Positions 37,374 to 45,885 of a DNA stretch of 64,000 nucleotides are shown here, in pieces; within the stretch, counting starts at the first letter, position 1, and each line of letters begins with the position of its first letter. The DNA is from an uncultured Candidatus Saccharibacteria bacterium (GTDB taxonomy: Bacteria > Patescibacteriota > Dojkabacteria > SC72). The notes under the pieces were generated by a model. The model was not told the origin of the DNA. It worked only from the letters and a program-made list of their open reading frames with translations, and ran no database searches. A program made the position numbers and the translations under genes. The stretch is from assembly GCA_964610125.1 (NCBI GenBank), contig CAZSUV010000001.1, forward strand, positions 120,035 to 184,034, read 5' to 3'.

Positions 37374-38657
37374 TTATTGCTCAATTATAGCAAATTTTCC
37401 ATCAGAAGTGCCAATCATCTCGACCCATATTCTTCCTCTATTAAATTCGAGCTCTTTTCCTTCGCTATCATAGTATGTTGTTCTGTCAGTTCTTGAGGTC
37501 TTTTTCCATGTACCATATGTGATTTTGCCATCCATGAGATAGGTGGATTTGCCTTGGCCGATAGTGGTGATAATCAAGTGCCCTTTGTCATCTCCAGACT
37601 GAATCATAGATACTTCCTGTACTACAATATTTTTTGAATATACCTGTGTGTTAGTCTCTTGATCAATATCTGCTTGTCCTCCAACCTTTCTTAAGTATGT
37701 ATTGGTTGCTTGGTCATATGTCCAGATGACATTGTAAAGTCCGCTATTTATCAATCTAGTATGGAATGTTAACTCAACTTGTGTCTTTTCTCCTCGTTTA
37801 GATATCTCTGCATCAGTTTTAAACTTCCAGCTTTCAAAATTACTTGGGAAAGAATCCCAATCTAACTTTGCTGCATATTCCCACGCGTATGTAAGTGAAT
37901 TGTATTCGTTATGTGGGGCTACTCTTCTTCCATCGTTCCATCTCCATGCACCGATAGTTGCGAGATCTTTTACTCCATAGCTGTAGAGATTACCACATGC
38001 ATTGGTTCTTGGATCGTCTGAGGAAGCGCATCCATCATGGATTATGAGTGGATCATATTCACTTGCCCATTCTAGATAATATTGTCGAATACTTCTCACA
38101 GGACCTACCTTGTCTGGAACGGTACTCCAATATATTGGCATTAATCTTGTAATCCCAGCTTCAGCATTAGCTTCAATAACTACATCAGCACTGTTTAAGC
38201 CTGAAAGAGGGCGTGCTTCAGAATGGTTGTTGGTCATTACGGCAACGGGTCTTCTGGTCTTCATAATGTCCATCTCAGACTTAGTAAATAGCATTCCATT
38301 TAATGGACTAACTTCAGTTTTTGGTTCTTGTGGAGCAGAGAGTAGCGAGAGTCCTCCTTTGAAAAGTGCAGAGAGTGGATTAGAAGCTATGAAATCTTGG
38401 TTAAACGAAAGGACCTTGTTTAATGGTTGTGGTTTAACTCTGTATATTCCAAAGTAGTAGAAACCTCCAATACCTGCCAAACAAACTAATGCCACGATTG
38501 GAAATATGAAATTTCTAAATTTGAGTTTCTTCTTCATATCGGAAAGTTTTACTTCTACAATTGGAGATTCAGGCGTATTCTCAATGGGAGTTGGGGTTAT
38601 CTTTGTTTCTACAACTTCAGATTCTCCTGTGTCAGAAATATTGAACTCTTTAGTCAT
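37374..38657 (-). CDS. Membrane-anchored extracytoplasmic protein, 427 aa, unknown function
   Basis: Acidic N-terminal tail, single TM (FIFPIVALVCLAGIGGFYYF), large soluble domain. First gene of the minus-strand operon. Confidence 0.55.
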   Translation of the reverse strand: MTKEFNISDTGESEVVETKITPTPIENTPESPIVEVKLSDMKKKLKFRNFIFPIVALVCLAGIGGFYYFGIYRVKPQPLNKVLSFNQDFIASNPLSALFKGGLSLLSAPQEPKTEVSPLNGMLFTKSEMDIMKTRRPVAVMTNNHSEARPLSGLNSADVVIEANAEAGITRLMPIYWSTVPDKVGPVRSIRQYYLEWASEYDPLIIHDGCASSDDPRTNACGNLYSYGVKDLATIGAWRWNDGRRVAPHNEYNSLTYAWEYAAKLDWDSFPSNFESWKFKTDAEISKRGEKTQVELTFHTRLINSGLYNVIWTYDQATNTYLRKVGGQADIDQETNTQVYSKNIVVQEVSMIQSGDDKGHLIITTIGQGKSTYLMDGKITYGTWKKTSRTDRTTYYDSEGKELEFNRGRIWVEMIGTSDGKFAIIEQ

Positions 38658-38764
38658 GGCAGTTTTACTTAATATATATCCAATATACTAGCATATCGTT
38701 TTTGACATTTAAATCTATGGAAATATTGTGGTAGTATATATAAATAATATTTTAGGACAAAACT

Positions 38765-39787
38765 ATGATAAAGAAAATCATATGGTTCCTTGTATTACCC
38801 CTAATCATTGGAGTAAGCATTTACTTCATATTCTTCAACAAGAAAGCTGCGACAAACAACACGGATAAAGGTGGTGATACTAATCAAACTCAAACGGATA
38901 ATACAGATACAACCGATGAGGATGAAGATGCCGATACAGATACTACAAATAATGAGGGAACAACAACACCGCTAACGGGTTTTTCAACAGAGAGTCAGAC
39001 TGAAGGTGTAGCTTCGCAGTCTAAATTCACAATCGAGGATGTAACTAATACTGCTCGAACTGGATATCATGAATTTACATTCTCACTTTCCTCTACGGGT
39101 ACTGATGATCCATATGTAATTGCGACATACAGAAGTGATCTTGGAGTTATACGTATTGATTTAAATCAGATTGAGAAGGATAACAGTGATATTGGATATC
39201 AAAAGGCTGTTGCAATTAACAAGGAAGGGATATCTCAGCTTTACCACAATGTATCTTCTGATCAAACCGAGGAGATATATGATATTGGCGTAAGTAAGAG
39301 TACAGCTTTCAAGATTACTACTGCAAAGATGTCTGATAGATGGGATATCATAGTTGGTGTTCAATATCCTGGAGTAGTCTCTACTGAAAATCTAGATTTA
39401 GGTAGTAAAGAATTTGGTAAAACAGCTCAAGCCATTATGGGCGTTGATGCTACCAAGGGTTCTACTTTAGCATCATATACATATGGTTCTACTTCCGGTG
39501 TTTTCAAGTTTGTATGGAATGTTAGTAGCTCTGATACTAATCCAATTCCTTCTGTAAGTGCAGCATACAATGCAGAACATCATTTAGTTGTTACCTTTGG
39601 AAGTGTAAAAACAGACAAGGTATATCTTGCAGTTGATGGTATTGATCTCCCAGGTGTATTAGCTATGCAAACTGAGAGAAGTGCTGAAAAGAGTATATAT
39701 ACCTTCTATGGTTTAACTGAAGATGTTGATTACAAATTGAGTGCTGGATTAAGCCCTAACCAAGTAATAGTTGAGATAAAGTTGTAA
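38765..39787 (+). CDS. Secreted or membrane-anchored protein with a D/T/N-rich low-complexity linker and a beta-rich domain
   Basis: N-terminal TM/signal; DTDTTDEDEDADTDTTNNEG linker; 340 aa. Confidence 0.55.
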   Translation: MIKKIIWFLVLPLIIGVSIYFIFFNKKAATNNTDKGGDTNQTQTDNTDTTDEDEDADTDTTNNEGTTTPLTGFSTESQTEGVASQSKFTIEDVTNTARTGYHEFTFSLSSTGTDDPYVIATYRSDLGVIRIDLNQIEKDNSDIGYQKAVAINKEGISQLYHNVSSDQTEEIYDIGVSKSTAFKITTAKMSDRWDIIVGVQYPGVVSTENLDLGSKEFGKTAQAIMGVDATKGSTLASYTYGSTSGVFKFVWNVSSSDTNPIPSVSAAYNAEHHLVVTFGSVKTDKVYLAVDGIDLPGVLAMQTERSAEKSIYTFYGLTEDVDYKLSAGLSPNQVIVEIKL

Positions 39788-40192
39788 ATGATTAAGAGTA
39801 TAGTTTTTGATTTTAATGGAGTAATCTTGGACTCCAGTACACATCATATAAATGAGGATGTGATTGAGTTGCTTGAAGACTTGTTTGAATCTGATTTTAA
39901 GTTACATCTTTTTTCCAATACCTCTAAACAAGCTATAACCATCCTTAATGCTAAGTATGATTTCTTAAAATATTTCCATAATGTAATCCTTGTTGAAGAT
40001 ACGGGTTTGTCTAAGCCTTCTGATGCTTCATTTGAAAATCTTCTTAAAGTAACAGGGGAGGTTGGAGAAGAGATGGCATATATAGATGATGGAAAGGATA
40101 ATCTAAGACAGGCAAAACGCTATGGCATGTCGGCGATTCCTTTCGTAGATGCAGATAGGCTAAGGATTAGCTTAGCGTCTTTAGATATTTAA
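39788..40192 (+). CDS. Small HAD-superfamily hydrolase-like protein
   Basis: SIVFDFNGVILDS (motif I DxD/N); ...DDGKDNL (motif IV); 134 aa. Confidence 0.55.
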   Translation: MIKSIVFDFNGVILDSSTHHINEDVIELLEDLFESDFKLHLFSNTSKQAITILNAKYDFLKYFHNVILVEDTGLSKPSDASFENLLKVTGEVGEEMAYIDDGKDNLRQAKRYGMSAIPFVDADRLRISLASLDI

Positions 40193-40210
40193 ATTTTAAG
40201 ACATATAAAT

Positions 40211-40792
40211 ATGATAACTAGAGAAAGATGTATGCAGTTAATAGATAAATATGTGACTACCCCATGGCTTAAACTACATATGAAGGAGAGCGACATTATA
40301 ATGCAAGCTGTAGCCAATAGGCTTGGGGAGCATGAAGAAAAATGGGGTCTATCTGGTTTACTTCATGATTTAGATTTTGACTATGTAGGTAAGGATCCTG
40401 CAAGGCATGTGGTTGAGTTTGATGATATTTTAAAAATGGAGAATCTTGAAGTTGGGAAAGATATAGACAAGGATGTGTATCATGCGATTAAGGCTCACTA
40501 TGAAGAGAATCCTAAGGTACCTGAGAACAGAGAGAATAACTTAGATTATGCTTTGTCCGCTTCTGAGAACTTATCTGGTTTTTTAGTGGCTTGTGCTTTG
40601 GTTATGCCAGATAAGAAGATTGCGACTGTTACTTCTGATACGGTTTTAAGGAAGTTAAAGAAGAAGGAATTTGCGAAGGGTGTTAGAAGAGATTTGATAC
40701 AGGATATTGAAAAAACGGGTATATCTTTAGAAGAATTTATTGATATATCTTTAGATGCTATGAAGGCTAGGGCTAGTGAACTAGGGCTTTAA
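40211..40792 (+). CDS. HD-domain phosphohydrolase
   Basis: H...LLHDLD motif; 193 aa. Confidence 0.65.
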   Translation: MITRERCMQLIDKYVTTPWLKLHMKESDIIMQAVANRLGEHEEKWGLSGLLHDLDFDYVGKDPARHVVEFDDILKMENLEVGKDIDKDVYHAIKAHYEENPKVPENRENNLDYALSASENLSGFLVACALVMPDKKIATVTSDTVLRKLKKKEFAKGVRRDLIQDIEKTGISLEEFIDISLDAMKARASELGL

Positions 40793-40815
40793 GGGTGTAA
40801 AATATATACCATTAA

Positions 40816-40889
40816 CGGGGCGTAGTTCAGATGGCTAGAGCGCTTGCATGGGGTGCAAGAGGTCGCACGTTCAAGTCGTGTCGCCCCGA
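40816..40889 (+). tRNA. tRNA-Pro (anticodon GGG), no encoded CCA
   Basis: Manual cloverleaf: C1:G72 with A73 (bacterial tRNA-Pro identity), acceptor CGGGGCG/CGCCCCG, D-arm GTTC/GAGC, anticodon stem CTTGC/GCAAG with loop ATGGGGT, T-arm GCACG-TTCAAGT-CGTGT. Confidence 0.8.
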
Positions 40890-40902
40890 TATCTGAAAAC
40901 AA

Positions 40903-41769
40903 CTAGTTATTGAATGATTTCTCAATATCTCTTCTTATGGATTTTGCAATATCGGAAGAATCTTTTATTCCTATTCCGCAACTATCAAGGGCCAATTTCG
41001 CTCTAACTCCCTCTAAATATATCTCATAGAAGTCGAGTGGTTTTGTTACAATTTCTTTAATCTTTTTGAAACTATCGATCGAAAAGGGTGTCAGTAAATT
41101 CAAGTCTAGAGGATCTACTAAATTATTGATTCCACTTCTTAAGATATTCTCGTGTGTTCTGGAATTAATACCTTTCTTAGCTAATTGCTGGGTATAATGT
41201 AAAAGAAGATCTTTTCGTGGATTATCATTTATCTTTTCTATACCTTTCATATAACCAAGTAATGAGTTCTTGAGCGGTTGTATATGCTGTGTCTCTAATT
41301 TTTCTATTCCCCAAAGAGCTAAATTACATGATCTAATCAAAGAGTTCGCCGATTGGGGGCTTAGGATAGTTTCTTTCTTATGGATTTCTTTCATGTCAAC
41401 ATTTATTAATCCTTGGTTTAAAGCTGTTGGAAACATATCTCCAATTTCCCCTTGAGGAGGAATTCCTTTTGAATATGATTCAAATGCCGCAAGCCGAAAT
41501 TCAATTACCCTATCAATATCAAATATCGCATCTATATATGCTACTTGCTCTGGCTCAGAATATAGCTGTTCTAATCTCTCCTGATATGTTTCCGAAGTAT
41601 CATCTTCTCTTAAAATCGATTGCTCATACTTTTCGCCATATTTCTTTTGATCTTCTTCTAAATGAAATTGAATTAACTCAGGAGTTGTAGCTAAAGCTTT
41701 CGCCAATGAGACTATGTCTCCTGTATTGGGATCTTGAGTACTAGAAGAACTATCCACAGGATCTGCCAT
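40903..41769 (-). CDS. Hypothetical cytoplasmic protein, 288 aa
   Basis: Intact ORF immediately downstream of tRNA-Pro on the opposite strand. No recognisable domain. Confidence 0.5.
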   Translation of the reverse strand: MADPVDSSSSTQDPNTGDIVSLAKALATTPELIQFHLEEDQKKYGEKYEQSILREDDTSETYQERLEQLYSEPEQVAYIDAIFDIDRVIEFRLAAFESYSKGIPPQGEIGDMFPTALNQGLINVDMKEIHKKETILSPQSANSLIRSCNLALWGIEKLETQHIQPLKNSLLGYMKGIEKINDNPRKDLLLHYTQQLAKKGINSRTHENILRSGINNLVDPLDLNLLTPFSIDSFKKIKEIVTKPLDFYEIYLEGVRAKLALDSCGIGIKDSSDIAKSIRRDIEKSFNN

Positions 41770-41851
41770 TATGCTATGTATATTATGTTATTTTAAATGA
41801 TATCCTTCTCAAAATCCTTTGTAAAGTAAGTCTGTTGGGGGATATGGGATT

Positions 41852-42673
41852 TTGATATATAATTTGAAAGTAAATATTAATTTCTTTAATATTCAAATGG
41901 AAAAAAACAAAAAACTGTTACTCATAATCATAGGGATAATCTTCTCACTTTGTATACTCATACTCCCAGTAATCTTCCTCATTAGATTAACAACATCAGA
42001 AGTAAAAAATCTTGTAAGTGATAATAGTAAAACCATAACCAATTCAGAAGAAATAGAAAAGAAAGTAGAAGTATCCCAAAGCGAAGCATGGATATCTGCT
42101 TTCAGTACTGAAGAAGTACATGATACAAAAGATTTAGCACATGTAAAAATATGGGTAAATGCAAACCTCTTCCATATGGATGCAATAACCAGTTACACAA
42201 TAAAAAATATTAAGGTAGAAGGATACAAAAAAGGCAAAGTAGCAATCGTAAAACCAGGGCATATCAGTAACACGCTCTCTTCCTACAATTATGTCTGGGG
42301 ACCATATGAAGATGAAATGAAATCGGCAGAAATTAAGGATAGTGGAAAAACCCTAACCTTTGATGTAGTAGAGATAGCCCATTACTATGATGAAGTCTCA
42401 AGATCTGGAACCTCTATGCCAACATGGGGCATTTTTCTAAAAGAATTAGGGGAATACAATTACAGAAAGATAATGGATAGCTCAAATTTGTTTGAAAGTG
42501 AAAAAATCCTGGAATACGCAGATGTTGAACCAGATGATATCAATATATCTTTTTCATTTGATGTAGAAATGGTATTCGAAGATGGTACTAAGTGGGTAAA
42601 AAGATTCTCTGCGGAATTAGATGGTGCAAAGATTGTAGAAAACAAAAGCTATATGGTTGATCTTAGCTACTAG
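41852..42673 (+). CDS. Membrane-anchored protein, 273 aa, unknown function
   Basis: N-terminal TM helix and a soluble domain. Confidence 0.5.
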   Translation: MIYNLKVNINFFNIQMEKNKKLLLIIIGIIFSLCILILPVIFLIRLTTSEVKNLVSDNSKTITNSEEIEKKVEVSQSEAWISAFSTEEVHDTKDLAHVKIWVNANLFHMDAITSYTIKNIKVEGYKKGKVAIVKPGHISNTLSSYNYVWGPYEDEMKSAEIKDSGKTLTFDVVEIAHYYDEVSRSGTSMPTWGIFLKELGEYNYRKIMDSSNLFESEKILEYADVEPDDINISFSFDVEMVFEDGTKWVKRFSAELDGAKIVENKSYMVDLSY

Positions 42674-42730
42674 GTTAACAAATGCATGGGAATATCGTAT
42701 AGTTAATAACTAAACTGTACCCTGCCCAAA

Positions 42731-44134
42731 ATGCAAAAAGAATATATTCAGATAGGAAATCCTAATGTCTTTAATGGCCAATATATGTTGGCTGTATTTA
42801 GATTAGAAGGATACGATAGCTCGTTAGTAGATATTGCAAGCGAAGTAGCTGCAGAATCATCTACAGGATCATTTGTTAAGATAGGAACAGCAACCGCTTT
42901 TTCAGAAAGCCTAGATGCTTTGGTATATCGAATAGATGAGAAGAATAACCTGGTATGGATAGCATATCCATGGAGAATATTTGACCGAGGAGGTAATGTT
43001 CAAAACATCATGACCTTCATCGCTGGTAATGTCTTTGGTATGGCAAGTGTAAAAGTGTGTAAGATATTGGATGTATATTTCCCACCACAGATGTTAGTAC
43101 AGTACGATGGACCAGAATATACCATTGATGATATGAGGAAGTATCTAAATATTCAGGAGAGACCAGTATTTGGAAGTATCATTAAACCAAAGATAGGTTT
43201 AACATCATCCGAATATGCAGAACTTTGCTATGATTTCTGGTCAGGTGGTGGTGATTTTGTTAAAAATGATGAACCCCAAGCAGATCAAGATTTCTGTCCT
43301 TACGACAAGATGGTACAAGATGTTAAGCATGCAATGGACAGAGTAGAACAAGAAACAGGTAAAACTAAGGTTCACTCTTTCAATATATCCTCTTCCGATT
43401 ACGATACCATGATTAAAAAAGCAGACTATATCCAATCTGTAATGAAACCAGGAAGCTATGCTTTCTTAGTAGATGGTATAACCGCAGGATGGATGGCGGT
43501 ACAAACCATTAGAAGAAAATATCCAAATGTATTCTTGCACTTCCATAGAGCAGGGCATGGTGCATTTACTAGAGATGAAAATCCAATAGGGTATACAGTT
43601 CCAGTATTGACCAAGTTTGCTAGACTAGCAGGTGCTTCAGGTATTCATACGGGTACTGCAGGTATCGGTAAGATGGCAGGATCTCCAAAGGAAGATGTCA
43701 TGGCAGCAAATCATTCCCTTAGATTATATTCAGAGGGTGATTACTTCAAACAGATCTGGTCAGAGATTCCAGAAAAAGATGCAGATCTACAATTAGCTAT
43801 ACAGAAAGAAGCTCAAGGAGAAGATTACAGTAATCTTGGATATTGGAGAATAACTAAGAAAATGTGCCCAATTATCTCTGGTGGTTTAAACCCATTACTA
43901 GTAGGAGAATTCATAGATACAGTGGGAACTCAGGACTTCATAACTACAATGGGAGCTGGAGTACATTCTCATCCAATGGGAACAAAGGCTGGAGCAACTG
44001 CAGTCTTACAAGCATATGAGGCATGGAAGCAGAAAATCTCATTAGAAGAATATGCTAAGGACAAAGAAGAACTGAGGGTGGCTATAGATTTCTATACCAA
44101 GCACGAAGTCCCACATCCTGATAAACAGGTTTAG
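42731..44134 (+). CDS. rbcL: Ribulose-1,5-bisphosphate carboxylase/oxygenase large subunit, form II/III-like
   Basis: 467 aa with RuBisCO active-site motifs: IKPKIGL (carbamylated Lys region), GGGDFVKNDE (Mg site), HFHRAGHG, GGLNP, MGAGVHSHPMG. No small-subunit gene nearby. Confidence 0.85.
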   Translation: MQKEYIQIGNPNVFNGQYMLAVFRLEGYDSSLVDIASEVAAESSTGSFVKIGTATAFSESLDALVYRIDEKNNLVWIAYPWRIFDRGGNVQNIMTFIAGNVFGMASVKVCKILDVYFPPQMLVQYDGPEYTIDDMRKYLNIQERPVFGSIIKPKIGLTSSEYAELCYDFWSGGGDFVKNDEPQADQDFCPYDKMVQDVKHAMDRVEQETGKTKVHSFNISSSDYDTMIKKADYIQSVMKPGSYAFLVDGITAGWMAVQTIRRKYPNVFLHFHRAGHGAFTRDENPIGYTVPVLTKFARLAGASGIHTGTAGIGKMAGSPKEDVMAANHSLRLYSEGDYFKQIWSEIPEKDADLQLAIQKEAQGEDYSNLGYWRITKKMCPIISGGLNPLLVGEFIDTVGTQDFITTMGAGVHSHPMGTKAGATAVLQAYEAWKQKISLEEYAKDKEELRVAIDFYTKHEVPHPDKQV

Positions 44135-45147
44135 TCAAAGAGACCAGTAATGGATTTTCTTTGGTTTACTCGGCTAATAGCCTCTGCAAAATAGCTCGCA
44201 ATTGAAACTTCTTTAAACCATTTTGCAGATTTCATAAATTCTTTGGAATGGTATGTACTGTCTGTTCCGATAACCAAATCTAAGTATCCATTCTCATATG
44301 CTTCTTGAAATCTTTCTTTTGCTGGGCCATTGAAAAGTGCGTGTGTGCAAACAGCGATGACTTTCTTTGCTCCCATATTCTTTGTCTCTTCTAGTGCTTT
44401 TACTAATGTTCCACCAGTACAAATCATGTCATCAACAATATATACATCCTTACCTTTTACATCACCCAATATGGACATCTTATCTACAGTATTAGCTTTA
44501 CAATAATTTCTAGCTTTGTATGAGAATGCGATATCTGTTTTCAAAGTTTGTGCATAGTGATTGGCACGTTTTGCACCACCTAAATCGGTAGGCATGATGA
44601 CGGTATTCTCTTTGTCCTCAATCATTTTTTTCAATACGGGAATCAAAACATATCCACCCATAAGGTTATCGATTTTTGCCCTTCTGAAAAATCCTTGGAT
44701 TGCGGAGTTATGTAAATCTATTGTAACTACATGATCTACACTTCCATCTCCTTCCAATTCATATGCGATTCTTGCTGCAGTAATTCCTTCTCTTCCGGAC
44801 TGTTTATCTTGTCTTGCATATGGATATGAAGGTAATACTGTGGTTATTCTTTCTGCATCACATCTTCGGCATGCGTCTACCATGGTATACAATGCCCTTA
44901 GATTTTCATCTGTTGATCGACCCTCTGAGTGATTTTCACAATCTTGGATAATGAAGACGTCCTTCCCTCTAATACTTTCGTTGATGACTGTTTTCAGTTC
45001 GGTACTTGCAAAATGCATCTCTTCTGAATCAATGAGGTGTACCTCTTCTCCATGCTTCTTCTTTAATTCCTTTTCTATTCTCTTCGCAAAACTTAATCCA
45101 GATGCACACGCTAATATTGAAAGTGGAGCTTTGGGTGTAGGAGTCAT
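44131..45147 (-). CDS. prs: Ribose-phosphate pyrophosphokinase (PRPP synthetase)
   Basis: GKDVFIIQD, YARQD, HVVTIDLHNSAIQGFF, DDMICTGGTL (PRPP-binding) align along the whole length with Prs; 338 aa. Convergent with rbcL, with 4 nt overlap. Confidence 0.85.
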   Translation of the reverse strand: MTPTPKAPLSILACASGLSFAKRIEKELKKKHGEEVHLIDSEEMHFASTELKTVINESIRGKDVFIIQDCENHSEGRSTDENLRALYTMVDACRRCDAERITTVLPSYPYARQDKQSGREGITAARIAYELEGDGSVDHVVTIDLHNSAIQGFFRRAKIDNLMGGYVLIPVLKKMIEDKENTVIMPTDLGGAKRANHYAQTLKTDIAFSYKARNYCKANTVDKMSILGDVKGKDVYIVDDMICTGGTLVKALEETKNMGAKKVIAVCTHALFNGPAKERFQEAYENGYLDLVIGTDSTYHSKEFMKSAKWFKEVSIASYFAEAISRVNQRKSITGLFD

Positions 45148-45223
45148 AGAAAGGATTTTTAATTTATTTCTATTTACAGTGTATATCCTGTTAAGAATTC
45201 TGTAAAATGAATTAATAATTTAT

Positions 45224-45808
45224 ATGGGAAATACTATGTCAAAGACTTTAGAGAACTTAACAAAGGCATTTATAGGGGAGAGTCAGGCTAGAAATAGATA
45301 TACCTTTTACTCTAGTATTGCTAGAAAAGAGGGATATATTCAGATATCACAAATTTTTGAAATGACTGCGACTCAAGAGAAAGAGCATGCTAATTGGTTG
45401 ATGAAAATGATTCAGACATTGAAAGAGGATGTTAATGGTCTCAAGGTTGAGGCTGATGCAAACTTTACAATGGGTACTACACAAGAAAATCTGAAAGCGG
45501 CGATTGAGGGTGAGATGTATGAGAACAAAGATATGTATCCTGAATTTGCTAAGGTTGCAAGAGAAGAAGGGTTTGAAGATATTGCGAAAAGATTAGAGTC
45601 TATTGCTATTGCTGAAGGTCATCATGCAGAGAGATATACTAAGCTTCATACTGTATTAACCGATGGGACTATATTTAAAAAAGATACTGAGGTTATATGG
45701 ATTTGTTCTGAGTGTGGTTATGTGTTCGTAGGTAAAGAACCTCCTATGGAATGTCCATCATGTGGTCATGCACAGGGTTTTTACTATCTAATGAATGAGG
45801 AGTATTAG
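45224..45808 (+). CDS. rbr: Rubrerythrin
   Basis: N-terminal ferritin-like diiron domain (E...EKEH, E...EGHH); C-terminal rubredoxin CSECG...CPSCGH. Confidence 0.85.
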   Translation: MGNTMSKTLENLTKAFIGESQARNRYTFYSSIARKEGYIQISQIFEMTATQEKEHANWLMKMIQTLKEDVNGLKVEADANFTMGTTQENLKAAIEGEMYENKDMYPEFAKVAREEGFEDIAKRLESIAIAEGHHAERYTKLHTVLTDGTIFKKDTEVIWICSECGYVFVGKEPPMECPSCGHAQGFYYLMNEEY

Positions 45809-45885
45809 TATATTTCTATCTATAATTATACTAAAAATAATTTTTGTATACAATATTGACTCAAAATAGGGTTGGGTGGTAATAT

